Shown piece by piece: positions 32,904 to 47,249 of a stretch of DNA of 64,000 bases. Each line of letters opens with the position of its first letter. The stretch's first letter is position 1. The position numbers and the translations under genes are program-made. Origin of the DNA: Amoebidium appalachense. Its lineage: Eukaryota; Protista; Ichthyosporea. The stretch spans positions 11,434,161 through 11,498,160 of the forward strand of contig CAVNZM010000001.1 in assembly GCA_963693365.1 (NCBI GenBank), given 5' to 3'. The notes under the pieces are model-generated. The model saw nothing but the letters and a program-made list of their open reading frames with translations. It was not told the origin of the DNA and did not search any database.

Positions 32904-33289
32904 CCGCCGCCAAAAGCTGAAGCTTGCTTCTGAGCTCTTCCTTCATTGACAAACTCGGACCACCTAATGCCTTGCCAAAAAACATGAACATGTGCAGTAG
33001 GACAATGCGGACACCCAGGCAGCCGGGCATGATGGCGAGTGGAAATTCAGTTTACACAACACACACAACACACCGGCCCACGGTTTCAATCACACGTGCG
33101 GGCGTACAATAGGAAGCACCCACACCACACGCGCACACGCGCACACGCGCGCCCGCACACACACACCTGCGCACTGTGCCCATCATTCACCCCCTCCACA
33201 TGGCCCACGTCATTGGCCAAAGTCACCGCCGCCATAGACACCACCAGCAGCACAAGCAGAAACCCCACGAGGTGTGTGCGGCGGCCCAT
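32282..33289 (-). CDS. Secreted Gly-rich/8-Cys cationic peptide precursor A1 (110 aa; exons 33289-33167 and 32491-32282)
   Basis: Translation: MGRRTHLVGFLLVLLVVSMAAVTLA-NDVGHVEGVNDGHSAQ|VAYEQDGAHDVDRR-QAGFGGGPGFGGGPGFGGGWCGRCFWCIRRCQFWGPFSNYWRCRWGFCRPQCWGC*. Phase-0 GT-AG intron and an upstream TATA box. Confidence 0.85.
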
Positions 33290-33515
33290 CTTGATTGGTT
33301 GAGTGTCACGTGGTTTGGGACGGGTTGGTGCAGAGCGTTGCAGACACCACGCTACCCTGGGCTCGCCGTCGCGTTGCTAATGGGCACCTAAGGCTTGACG
33401 TGAGGTGATTTAAATCTATGGATTCCCCACACAGACGCACCGTGTTGCCTGAGCCTTAGAACAAAGGAAGCCTTAATTAAGCTTAAGGTGTTTGTGCATT
33501 TCTTTGAGAGGCTGC

Positions 33516-33522
33516 TTTTATA
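33516..33522 (-). promoter_or_regulatory. TATA box of peptide gene A1 (equivalents at 37837-37843, 42114-42120 and 46542-46548)
   Basis: ATATAAAAGCAG is conserved ~220-275 nt upstream of all four peptide ATGs. Confidence 0.65.
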
Positions 33523-34281
33523 TTTGTGGTGACTCGTTCGTTCATCTCAGCATAGATGACTTGTGTAGATTTCGAAGCTATCAAGTTTGGGCACGCCTGA
33601 GCTTGGCAACGTCGTTCCCGTCAAATGTGGTTTTGCTACTGATGATAACGGTTGCCACGTTAACGTTGCCTCTTCTCACGACCCCCAATAAGGCCTAGGC
33701 TCACAGTCCCAGAACAAAACTAAACAGTTTTGATGATATGCGTAATTATTATTTACGGTAGGAAAGTTTCAAGTCAAAGTTTCAAATGGGGAGCCTCTGA
33801 GCATGAGTCAACGGTCCATGGTGTACAAAGTTTTGATGAACGTTAATACTAAAATTTGACAGTTCGGCCCTTTTTAAAACGACACGTTGCCACAACACGG
33901 ACTGTCAGATGATTTGAGTTCAATTCATATGGCGATCAAAATTTGTACTGATGCATTGCCAGCAGTGATCATTTCACCATGATGTATACCTTAGTAACGA
34001 ATATACGATAGTTTCCCAGTACAAAGAGTTTTTACTGTTATACGGACTTGGAGTATTAATTATAAATATTACTTTTGGGGTTCCGGATAACTTTCTACAC
34101 GGTGTGCTGGTAGATCCACGTGCATTAGCCCACGGCACAGATCACTCATAGATTACGAGTCACGTGTGTTGGGGAACGCACGTGCACCGTGCATGTGTGT
34201 AGTGAGATCGGCTGCTGCACGATGTATTTGAGTCTAACTGACTAACTAACTTTTGCACACTCTCTCTTGCTCTCTTCTCCG

Positions 34282-34352
<71 letters not shown>

Positions 34353-34406
34353 CTGTCTGTCTCTCTCAGTCTCTCAGTCTCTCTCTCGTCTCTCTCTCTT
34401 CCCCCC

Positions 34407-34456
<50 letters not shown>

Positions 34457-34680
34457 ACACACACTCTTCCTCTCTTTCTGGAGTCCAGCTCTCTCTCTCT
34501 CTCAGGCCCCCCGTCTTTCCGCTCTCTGAGTAAGGCTCTCTCTCCGTAACTCCCTTTCCGAGGCTCTCTCTTTCTCTTTCTCTCCCTCTCCCTCCATCCC
34601 TCCCTCCCTCCCTCCCTCCCTCCCTCCCTCCCTCCCTCCCTCCCCCTCTCTCTTTCTCTCTCTCTCTCTCTCTGAGCACA

Positions 34681-34714
<34 letters not shown>

Positions 34715-35007
34715 TCTCTCTCCATTTCTCTCAGTCTCCGACTCTCTCTCTATATATATCTCACTCTCCCTGTCCTCCTCCCCCCCCCCCCCTCCTCCCC
34801 CCCCGTTTTTTCTCTTTCCGGGCCGGACCCCCCCCCCCCCCCCTCTCTCTCTCTCTATCGCCCTTCAAGGTGGGGGATGGGGCTGGGGGGGGGGGGGGGG
34901 GGGGGGAGGAGAGAGAGAGAGAGCTCAGCCCCCCCTCTTTCTCCCCAACCTCCCTCAGACTCTCTCTTAGATTTCTGTCATCAGTTCTCTCTCTCTCTCT
35001 CTCTGTG

Positions 35008-35043
<36 letters not shown>

Positions 35044-35065
35044 CTCTCTCTCGCTCTCTCCCCGA

Positions 35066-35116
<51 letters not shown>

Positions 35117-35791
35117 GTGTCTATCTCTGGTCCCCCCCCCCCTCTCCTCCGACCCCCCCCCCCTTTCTCCTCCCCTCCCCCCCCCCCCCCTTTCTCCCCC
35201 CTTCCCCCCCCCCCCCCCCCCCTCCCTTCCTGCCTTTAAAGATTGAAATGGCACCCTTTTGCTTCGTCGCAGCGTCCCGGACCCAGGCACGTGTATATCA
35301 TTACGCACACATATGCTTGGGTCAGCCTCAACTTCGACTTCGCTGACACATATGTATTGCCAAATTGTCTGCTTGCAAAGCGCACACAGAGCACTTGCAT
35401 CTGCAGTCGAGGCGCACTGCATCTTACTTTAAGAGCCTGGCCGGGTTGTAGCTATACCGTACACGTACAAAGCTCACGGGAGCCTGAGTATAAGTTAGTA
35501 ACTTGGCGTAATACAACACTGAGCAAAAAAAACTCGCTCAACTTGAAATGCGACATATAGACATCACCGTCGTACCAGATTCAGCCACATCATAATATGT
35601 TTTCGGAACATGGAGTATCATAATGCCACAGTGTACGCTACTGATCATGAGCGGTCACCTCTCTAGCCTAGGGACTACGACAATTTCGAATATTTGGGTA
35701 AAACGCCACTCACTATTCAAAAATAAAAAATAAAAAAAACCCAAGAAAATCTGAACGATCACCACGATAAAATGTTCGTCACATTAACACG

Positions 35792-36209
35792 TTAACAACC
35801 AAAGCACTGCGCACGACAGAAACCCAACTGGCATACCCGGAAGTCTGCAAACGGTATCAATGATTGGCAGATACCAATGCACCCGGGGCATCGTCCACAC
35901 CGTCCCCCGGGGCCAAACCCAGGACCCCCCCCCCCAACCCAGCGCCACCGGGACCCCCCACAACAATATTGGTCTGACGACTGTGGACATTGTGTACTTC
36001 CCGGCCCTGCTCGTAGTACCGTATGGTTTGGGGAGAAGAGAAAGGAAGGAAGGGAAGGTAGAGGACAGGGAGCGATAAGGAAGAAGTGGGGGGGGGAGGG
36101 GGGGGAGGAGAGGGGGGGGAGGTGGGACGGGGGGAGGGGGGTGGGACGGGGGGGATGGGGTGGAGGGGGGGGGAGGGGGGGAGGGGGGGGGGGGGGGAAT
36201 GGGGGGTCG

Positions 36210-36240
<31 letters not shown>

Positions 36241-36785
36241 GGAGTTAGTTGTGGGGGATATCACCATATGATAATCATATCCCAAGTTGACCTCAGTAGG
36301 GCTGCAAATTTACTTGAGGCAACAACCAGATCTTATCATCAGTTTACATCCGGGAATAATCCTGAGATATTCCAAAAATGGGCAACGCTAAATCGAAAAC
36401 AAGGCTCAGCATTGAAGTACTACAGAAGGCTGTCACAGTGGTGCTTTACACATCCATACAACGTGCCATGCTTCCCATTGGCACCCACCTCCCCCCCCCC
36501 CCCCCCCCCCCCCCCCTCCCCCCTCTCCGGGAACCGCCCTCCTCTTCCGTGACCCCCCTACCCCCCCCCCCCGCCCCTCCCCCCCCCCCAAAAAAAATAT
36601 AATAAAAATAGCCAAAAAAAGTAAAAGTTTCTCTCCTGAGAATCTCCAAACTTAGTAGCGTTCCGAGACCCCCCCCCCCCCCCCCCCCCCCCCCCACCCC
36701 CCACCCTTCCCCCTCAAAAAAAAACAGACACACACACGAGCCCCCTCCCCCCTCCCCCCTCTTCTCCCCTTCCCAAACACCCCCC

Positions 36786-36816
<31 letters not shown>

Positions 36817-37173
36817 GCCGCCACCCCCCACAGACCCTTTTCGCTAGCGTGGCAACGTTAAAGCTCCCTTCAGCCCTTTATTGATAAAACTGTGCCCACT
36901 TCAACAATACCTTGTGGCACATGTGAAACCGCCTGGAAGCACGAGCGCCCGGGCATGGTAAACTTAAGTGGAACATCAGTATACACAATACAAAACACTA
37001 CTCAGTTCATTAGTGTTAATAGTATGCGCATGTTACCACAAGCTTATAAGTACCCACACATAAGCCGCAGTGACACACACACAGACACATAGTGTCACAC
37101 ACACACAACACACACAAACCTACATCATGGCAAATCATAATGTTCACAAACGCACACACACACACATACATAC

Positions 37174-37208
<35 letters not shown>

Positions 37209-37367
37209 AAAAAAAAAAACAACAAACACACCCACACGCACGTGACATGCACACACCGCACCGTCACACACAAACGCACACGCGCACACGCGCGCACACA
37301 CAGTGCTGCTAATGCTAACACCTGCACACTGTGCCCGCAGTTCACTGTGCCCGCAGTTCACCCCCCC

Positions 37368-37433
<66 letters not shown>

Positions 37434-37568
37434 CACACACACACACACCTGCGCACTGTGCCCGCCGTTCATCCCCTCCACATGGCTCACGGTTTTGGCC
37501 ACATTCACCACGGCCATCGACAGCAGCAGCACAAACAGAAACCCCACGAGGTGTGTGCGGCGACCCAT
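35792..37568 (-). CDS. Paralogous peptide precursor B1 (exons 37568-37449 and ~36006-35792); 1-nt frameshift in a G11 run as assembled
   Basis: Translation: MGRRTHLVGFLFVLLLSMAVVNVAKTVSHVEGMNGGHSAQ|GREVHNVHSRQTNIVVGGPGGAGLGGG[fs]GPGFGPGGRCGRCPGCIGICQSLIPFADFRVCQLGFCRAQCFGC*. Cys spacing is identical to A1. Confidence 0.7.
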
Positions 37569-38523
37569 TTTGATTGGTTGGATGTCACGTGGTTTGCGAT
37601 GGGTTGGTGCAGAGTGTTGCAGACACCAAGCTACTGTTTAATACCCAGAGCTGTCAGTGTCGTTGGTCTTGACCGTGAGGTGAATAAATTCGTGGAAGCT
37701 GTTTAACCAATAAAAATAGAATGCAGCATAAACAATGTCTTTTATCCCGGCCACGCAGACCTACTCTAAATACTGATAGCCTCAGAGCAAGAGGAAGCTT
37801 TGAGTGAATTGGGCATTTCATGTCCTCTGAGACTGCTTTTATATCTGTCTGTGGTAGAAAAACGGTCTGTTCATCTTATCTAGATGACCCGTGAACTTGA
37901 TTTCGGAGCTAACGAGTTAGCCTATCTCGTGATGGTGCAGCACTTTTGCAACGACGTCCGACACTGGCAGAAGTCGTGGCCTGATAATTATGATAATTTG
38001 AACGGCCCATGCTGTCATGGCAAGGTCAACCGTATTGACCGTCAGTGAACTGGGCGTCTGTGTACACATGTATTATTCACTGCACATCACACAAAAAACT
38101 AATATACATACTCAGAGGCATACATACATTAATGGGTCAGGTATATGGCATCAAGTTTCCCGGCATATTTACGGAAGGGAGCCCGGCCCGTACGTATACT
38201 GAGCTTTGCTGCTACCGTTCTTAGTAAAGCCTGCACCGTACGGTGCACAGATCACTCAGAGATTACGATTTACGTGTGTTGGGAAGATTGGCACGTGCAC
38301 ACATGTCATCTACAGATCGGCTGATACATGACACGCATAATAGACAATATTGTGTAACAATGTTCCGTATCATCTTGTCAAACACCTCATCTTAATTTAA
38401 CTGTTACACTGCGTACAGTTTTCAAGGTGTCCTGGAACTTCTGAGTCATAAATCATTGCACAAATCACCGTGGCACCGTGTTTCGAAGGCTTCACAACAA
38501 AACCCCTTCCCCTTGAAGCTCGA

Positions 38524-38560
<37 letters not shown>

Positions 38561-38806
38561 ATTGGAAAGCTACCAAAGGCCACAATGTGCACCGGAACCA
38601 ACCATCTGCACACGTGCACACAACTGTTGTTTACCGAGATACATGTGGGGAGGTGTACAGGTTTTTCGTCTCCTTCAGACAGAAGCATTTTCCAGGCCTC
38701 TTTGGGAAGCCTCTAGGGCGGGGGCCCGGGGAGGGGGGGCGGAGGAGGGGCGGGAGGGGAGGGGAGTAGCCATGGGTGGTGGTGGCCACGGTTGGGGGGG
38801 GGAGGT

Positions 38807-38861
<55 letters not shown>

Positions 38862-39117
38862 GGGGGGGGACCACAGGGACTTCCCAGTCCGAATTTTGCT
38901 ATTTTTTCACAGATTCACGGAGTTGAACAATGAATTATTATTGTTCCGCTCAACTTAACATTTTCTTCATCATCAGTCTTCTGTTGTCGGTTGGGGCCTA
39001 GGGTACCCGGTGCTCATGCGGGCCATTAGACCTAAAAAAACATTATCAAGATGGTGCGCACTGGCATGAGGTCCTCTCTTTTCTCTCCTGACATCGAGCC
39101 AGATGGCCTCTCCCTGA

Positions 39118-39232
<115 letters not shown>

Positions 39233-39260
39233 GCTCTCTCTCTCTCCCTCCCCCCTCCTC

Positions 39261-39301
<41 letters not shown>

Positions 39302-39357
39302 CTCTCTCTCTCTCTTCTCTGTACATATCTCTCTCCCTCCCCCCTCCTCTCTGTCTG

Positions 39358-39465
<108 letters not shown>

Positions 39466-39489
39466 CTCTCCTCTCTCTCCCCCCCTTCT

Positions 39490-39539
<50 letters not shown>

Positions 39540-39573
39540 TCTTCCCTCTCTCTCCCTCTCTCTCCCCCCCCCC

Positions 39574-39642
<69 letters not shown>

Positions 39643-39859
39643 ATCCCCCCTCCCCCCCCCACCCCACCCCACCCCCCTCTGTCTCTCATTCTCTCTCTCC
39701 CCGAGTCGATTCGGACTTGCCAAGGCAGCTTATAATTATTCAATTTGGCTCAAGTTGCCTGAATAAGTATTGTAACCTCCTGTTTATATTTTTTCAGAAT
39801 TGCGCGATTGCATTTGCCACGAATATCATGATTCAAGAATCAGAAAATCCCCACATGGT

Positions 39860-39900
<41 letters not shown>

Positions 39901-39972
39901 TCAGAGTTCCGTGCCACATGATACACATCCCTCCCTCCCCCCTCCCTCCCCCGGAGAACGCGGCCGCCCTTT

Positions 39973-40007
<35 letters not shown>

Positions 40008-40947
40008 CACGCACGCACGCACGCACGCACGCACGAACGCACGCACACACACGCGCACGCACGCACACACACACGCGCGCGCGCATGTACACACACACAC
40101 GCACACACACACACACACACAGCTAACCGGAAGGTTTGCCATTGTTTTTTTGTGAGAACAGCCAAAGACCCCACTCGCTGACATTAACTGGATTTGACCC
40201 CCCCCCCCCCTCCCCCCATTCCTCCCCCTCCCCCTCCCCCCCCCCCTCCCCGCGGGAAAAATGTAGGATCGTGCTGTGTGGACTACACATCATGACCCCA
40301 CTGTACCATTGCTTTGCACGCACTGTCAAGAGAAAAGGGTGTTTGTAGAGTGAAGGATTAGCACGATTCAGAGTCCCGTGTTACTCACAGGCAGGCAGAC
40401 TCAGTTGATAATAGGATCATAGTCATGCTTGATATTCGAACCTGGCGCAGGGGTTACTAAATTCGTGCGTTCACAATCATGTCAACTTGGCATTTTAGAT
40501 TTTATTGCATCCTAGCAGAGGAGTTGCATCTCGAGCGGTGTGCCTCTTGAACTCTTCAAGTTCATAGCGCAGGTGCAATAAGAACGCGAAGCTGCATGCA
40601 GCCTGAGAATATATATATATATATATCATAGTATGCACGTCACCAATTGATACAGCAACTTGAGGAAAATCACTGAACTTTGGCGAAGATCTTCGTAACT
40701 TAAACTATATGTGCATGGATTTCGCCGACCGAAATTTGCCACATTCGAACCTTAAAAGTTCGTGTAAATAATATCAACCTAACCAAGGCCCTGGGAGGAG
40801 CATCAAGTAAACACAGACATCGAATTTTTGGGTCAGACGCCAGCCACTCAACGTTGCCAACATCCAGGGAACTTCAAAAAAATCACTACGAACACCATGA
40901 AAAAAAACCAAATACATTCAAACTCAGTCAGTGGTCACAAAATGGGA

Positions 40948-41894
40948 CTAGCAACCCCAGCACTGTGGACGACAGAAGCCCCAGCGGCACCTCCAGTAGT
41001 TTGAAAAGGGCCCCCTGAATTGGCAGCGACGGATGCACCAAAAGCACCGTCCACACCACCCACCGCCAAACCCGGGCCCGCCCCCAAACCCAGGTCCACC
41101 CCCGAAACCGGCCTGACGTCTGTCCACATCGTGTGCTCCGTCCTGCTCGTAGGCCACCTGTGTGAGAGGTGGGGGGGGGGGGCGGGGGGGGGGGGGGGGG
41201 GGGGGGTGCAACATGCCGGGCGGAGGATACAAAGGATCACCATCATATGATAATGATGTCCAACGGTGCCCTCGCAACTCAAGGCCCGATGTCCCCCCCC
41301 CCCCCCCTCCCTCTCTCCCTTTTTTCTGCGCCCCGGGGCCACCCTCCCCCCCTCCCCCCTCCCCCCACCCCCCCCCCTACCTCCCCCAGAAAAAAACTTT
41401 GAAACAAAGAAAAAGAAAAAAACCTCTCCCGTCCCCGTCTCCCAAACCTCCTCCCCGCCCCCCCTCCCCCTTCCCCCCCCCCCCCCCCCCCCCCCCTCCC
41501 CCCCCGCCCGCCGCCGCTGCCGCCAAAAGCTTAAGCTTGCTTCTGAGCTCTTCCTTCATTGACAAACTCGGACCACCTAATGCCTTGCTAAAAAACATGT
41601 GCAATACGACAATGCGGACACCCAGGCAGCCGGGCATGATGGCGAGTGGAAATTTAGTTTACACAACACACACAACACACCAGCCCACGGTTTCAATCAC
41701 ACGTGCAGGCGTACAAGAGGATGCCCACACCACACGCGCACACGCGGGCACGCACACACACACACACACACCTGCGCACTGTGCCCATCATTCACCCCCT
41801 CCACATGACCCACGTCATTGGCCAAAGTCACCGCCGCCATAGACACCACCAGCAGCACAAGCAGAAACCCCACGAGGTGTGTGCGGCGGCCCAT
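40948..41894 (-). CDS. Peptide precursor A2 (exons 41894-41772 and 41157-40948)
   Basis: Identical to A1 except W->R in the loop (QFRGP versus QFWGP). Confidence 0.85.
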
Positions 41895-42911
41895 CTTGAT
41901 TGGTTGAGTGTCACGTGGTTTGGGACGGGTTGGTGCAGAGTGTTGCAGACACCAAGCTACCCTGGGCTCGCCGTCGCGTTGCTAATGGCACCTAAGGCTT
42001 GACGTGAGGTGATTTGAATCTATGGATTCCCCACACAGACGCACCGTGTTGCCTGAGCCTTAGAACAAAGGAAGCCTTAATTAAGGTGTTTGTGCATTTC
42101 TTTGAGAGGCTGCTTTTATATTTGTGGTGACTCGTTCGTTCATCTCGGCATAGATGACTTGTGTAGATTTCGAAGCTATCAAGTTTGGGCAAGCCTGAGC
42201 TTGGCAACGTCGTTCCCGTCAAATGTGGTTTTGCTACTGATGATAACGGTTGCCACGTTAACGTTGCCTCTTCTCACGACCCCTCAATAAGGCCTAGGCT
42301 CACAGTCCCAGAACAAAACTAAACAGTTTTGATGATATGCGTATTTACGGTAGGAAAGTTTCAAGTCAAAGTTTCAAATGGGGAGCCTCTGAGCATGAGT
42401 CAACGGTCCATGGTGTACAAAGTTTTGATGAACGTTAATACTAAAATTTGACAGTTCGGCCCTTTTTAAATCGGCACGTTGCCACAACACGGACTGTCAG
42501 ATGATTTGGGTTCAAGTCATATGGCGATCAAAATTTGTACTGATGCATTGCCAGCAGTGATCATTTCACCATGATGTATATACGTATACCTGAGTAACGA
42601 AAATACGATAGTTTCCCAGTACGAAACGTTTTTACTGTTATACGGACTTGGAGTAGTGATTATAAATATTACTTTTGGGGTTCCGGATAACTTTCTACAC
42701 GGTGTGCTGGTAGATCCACGTGCATTAGCCCACGGCACAGATCACTCAATGACATAGATTACGAGTCACGTGTGTTGGGGAACGCACGTGCACCGTGCAA
42801 GTGTGTAGTGAGATCGGCTGCTGCACGATGTATTTGAGTCTAACTGACTAACTAACTAACCTTTGCACACTCTCTCTTGCTCTCTTCTCCGAGTCTCTCT
42901 CTCTCTCTCTC

Positions 42912-42951
<40 letters not shown>

Positions 42952-42994
42952 CGTCTGTCTGTCTGTCTCTCTCAGCCTCTGTCTCTCTCTAGTC

Positions 42995-43045
<51 letters not shown>

Positions 43046-43267
43046 ACACACACACACTCTCTTCCTCTCTCTTGGAGTCCATTTCTCTCTCTCTCTCTCT
43101 CACGCCCCCCGTCTTTCCGCTCTCTGAGTGAGGCTCTCACTCCGTAGCTCCCTTTCCGAGGCTCTCTCTTCTCTCTCTCTCTCTCTCCCTCCATCCCTCC
43201 CTCCCTCCCTCCCCCCCCTCCCTCCCTCCCTCCCTCCCTCCCTCCCTCCCTCCCTCCCTCCCTCCCT

Positions 43268-43299
<32 letters not shown>

Positions 43300-43547
43300 G
43301 AGCACACCACACACACACATACACACACACACACACAATCTCTCTCTCCATTTCTCTCAGTCTCCGACTTTCTCTATCTCTATGTATATCTCACTCTCCC
43401 TGTCCTCCTCCTCCCCCCCCCCCCCCCCTCCCCCCCCGTTTTTTCTCTTTCCGGGCCGGACCCCCCCCCCCCCCCCCCCCCTCTCTCTCTATCGCTCTTC
43501 AAGGCGGGGGATGGGGCTGGGGCGAGGGGGAGAGAGAGGGAGGGAGG

Positions 43548-43629
<82 letters not shown>

Positions 43630-43668
43630 AGGCTGAGCCCCCCCCCTCTTTCTCCCTAACCTCCCTCA

Positions 43669-43702
<34 letters not shown>

Positions 43703-43716
43703 GATTTCTCTCCCTC

Positions 43717-43822
<106 letters not shown>

Positions 43823-44511
43823 CCTCTCTCTCCCTCTCTCTCCCTCTCTCTCTCTCTCCCTTTCCGAGGCTCTCTCTATCTCTCTCTCTCTCGGCAGTGT
43901 CTATCACTGGTCCCCCCCCCCCTCTCCTCCGACCCCCCCCCCCCCCCCTTTCTCCCTCCCCCTCCCCCCCCCCCTTTCTCCCCCCCCTTCCCCCCCCCCC
44001 CCCCCCCCCCCCCCTCCTTCCCCGCCTTAAAGATTGAAATGGCACCCTTTTGCTTCGTCGCAGCGTCCCGGACCCAGGCACGTGTATATCATTACGCACA
44101 CATATGCATGGGTCAGCCTCAACTTCGACTTCGCTGACATATATGTATTGCCAAATTGTCTGCTTGCAAAGCGCACAAAGAGCACTTGCATCTGCAGTCG
44201 AGGCGCACTGCATCTTACTTTAAGAGCCTGGCCGGGTTGTAGCTATACCGTACACGTACAAAGCTCACGGGAGCCTGAGTATAAGTTAGTAATTTGGCGT
44301 AATACAACACTGAGCAAAAAAAACTCGCTCAACTTGAAATGCGACATATAGACATCACCGTCGTACCAGATTCAGCCACATCATAATATGTTTTCGGAAC
44401 ATGGAGTATCATAATGCCACAGTGTACGCTACTGATCATGAGCGGTCGCCTCTCTAGCCTAGGGACTACGACAATTTCGAATATTTGGGTAAAAAGCCAC
44501 TCACTATTCAG

Positions 44512-44556
<45 letters not shown>

Positions 44557-44603
44557 GAAAATCTGAACGATCACCACGATAAAATGTTCGTCACAATAAC
44601 ACG

Positions 44604-44900
44604 TTAACAACCAAAGCACTGCGCACGACAGAAACCCGACTGGCATACCCGGAAATCTGCAAACGGTATCAATGATTGGCAGATACCAATGCACCCGGGG
44701 CATCGTCCACACCGTCCCCCGGGGCCAAACCCAGGACCCCCCCCCCAACCCAGCGCCACCGGGACCCCCCCACAACATTATTGGTCTGACGACTGTGGAC
44801 ATTGTGTACTTCCCGGCCCTGCTCGTAGTACCGTATGGTTTGGGGAGAAGAGAAAGGAAGGAAGGGAAGGTAGGGGACAGGAAGCGATGGGGAAGAGGGT

Positions 44901-44935
<35 letters not shown>

Positions 44936-46101
44936 GAGAGGGGGGGGAGGTGGGACGGGGGGAGGGGGGTGGGACGGGGGGGATGGGGCCGAGTGGGGGG
45001 AGGGGGGGGGGGGGGGGGGGGAGTTAGTTGTGGGGGATATCACCATATGATAATCATATCCCAAGTACAAGTTGACCCTCAGTAGGGCTGCAAATTTACT
45101 TGAGGCAACAACCAGATCTTATCATCAGTTTACATCCCGGACCGGGAATAATCCTGAGATATTCCAAAAATGGGCAACGCTAAATCGAAAACAAGGCTCA
45201 GCATTGAAGTACTACAGAAGGCTGTCACAGTGGTGCTTTACACATCCATACAACGTGCCATGTTTCCCATTGGCACCCCCCTTCCCCCCCTCCCCCCCCC
45301 CCCCCCCCCCCCCTCCCTCTCCGGGATCCGCCCTCCTCTTCCGTGACCCCCTCCCCCCCCCCCCCCCCCCCCAAAAAAAAAAAATAATAATAAAAAATAG
45401 CTAAAAAAGTAAAAGTTTCTCTCCTGAGAATCTCCAAAATAAGTAGCGTTCCGAGACCCCCCCCCCCCCCCCCCCCCTTCCCCCTCAAAAAAAAAAACAC
45501 ACACACACGAGCCCCCCCCCCCCCCCCCCCCCCCCCCCTCTTCTCCCCTTCCCAACCCCCCCCCCCCCCCGGCCACCCCCCACAGACCCTTTTCGCTAGC
45601 GCGGCAACGTTAACGCTCCCTTCAGCCCTTTATTGATAAAATTGTGCCCACTTCAACAATACCTTGTGGCACATGTGAAACCGTGTGGAAGCAGGAGCGC
45701 CCGGGCATGGTAAACTTAAGTGGAACTTCAGTATACACAATACAAAACACTACTCAGTTCATAAGTGTTAATATTTTGCGCATGTTACCACAAGCTTATA
45801 AGTACCCACACATAAGCTGCAGTGACACACACACAGACACATAGTGTCACACACACACAACACACACAAACCTACATCATGGCAAATCATAATATTCACA
45901 AACGCACACACACACACACACATACCTGCACACACACACACACACACACACACAAAAAAAAAAAAACAACAACAACAAACAAACACACGCACACGCACCT
46001 GACATGCACACACACACCGTCACACACAAACGCACACGCGCACACGCGCGCACACACAGTGTTGCTAGCGCTAACACACCTGCACACTGTGCCCGCAGTT
46101 C

Positions 46102-46157
<56 letters not shown>

Positions 46158-46279
46158 ACCTGCGCACTGTGCCCGTCGTTCATCCCCTCCACATGGCTCA
46201 CGGTTTTGGCCACATTCACCACGGCCATCGACAGCAGCAGCACAAACAGAAACCCCACGAGGTGTGTGCGTCGACCCAT
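44604..46279 (-). CDS. Peptide precursor B2 (exons 46279-46160 and ~44818-44604); frameshifted in G runs as assembled
   Basis: Near-identical to B1 (TNNVV versus TNIVV). The two G runs are G7+G10 here and G6+G11 in B1. Confidence 0.7.
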
Positions 46280-47249
46280 TTTGATTGGTTGGATGTCACG
46301 TGGTTTGCGATGGGTTGGTGCAGAGTGTTGCAGACACCAAGCTACTGTTTAATACCCAGAGCTGTCAGTGTCGTTGGTCTTGACCGCGAGGTGAATAAAT
46401 TCGTGGAAGCTGTTTAATCAAGAGAATGCAGCATAAACAATGTCTTTTATCCCGGCCACACAGACCTACTCTAAATACTGATAGCCTCAGAGCAAGAGGA
46501 AGCTTTGAGCGAATTGGGCATTTCATGTCCTCTGAGACTGCTTTTATATCTGTCTGTGGTAGAAAACGGTCTGTTCATCTTATCCTAGAGTGACCCGTGA
46601 ACTTGATTTCGGAGCTAACGAGTTAGCCCATCACGTGATGGTGCAGCACTTTTGCAACGACGTCCGACACTGGCACTTGAAGTCGTGGCCTGATAATTAT
46701 GATAATTTAAACGGGCCATGCTGTCATGGCAAGGTCAACCGTATTGACCGTCAGTGAACTGGGCGTCTGTGTACACATGTACTATTCACTGCACATCACA
46801 GAAAAACTAATATACATACTCAGAGGCATACATACATTAATGGGTCAGGTATATGGCTTCAAGTTTCCCGGTATATTTACGGAAGGGAGCCCGGCCCGTA
46901 CGTATACTGAGCTTTGCTGCTACGGTTCTTAGTAAAGCCTGCACCGTACGGTGCACAGATCACTCAGAGATTACGATTCACGTGTGTCGGGAAGATTGGC
47001 ACGTGCACACATGTCATGACAGATCGGCTGATACATGACACGCATAATAGACAATATTGTGTAACAATGTTCCGAATCATCTTGTCAAACCCCTCGAGTC
47101 AGCTTAATCTAACTGTTACACTGCGTACAGTTTTCAAGGTGTCCTGGAACTTCTGAGTCATAAATCATTGCACAAATCACCGTGGCACCGTGTTTCGAAG
47201 GCTTCACAACAAAACCCCTTCCCCTTGAAGCTCGATCCCCCCCCCCCCC

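Noticed and set aside
35243-35560. 105-aa ORF repeated at 44034-44351
   Set aside because: It has no ATG start or recognisable motif, and its conservation is explained by the recent duplication.
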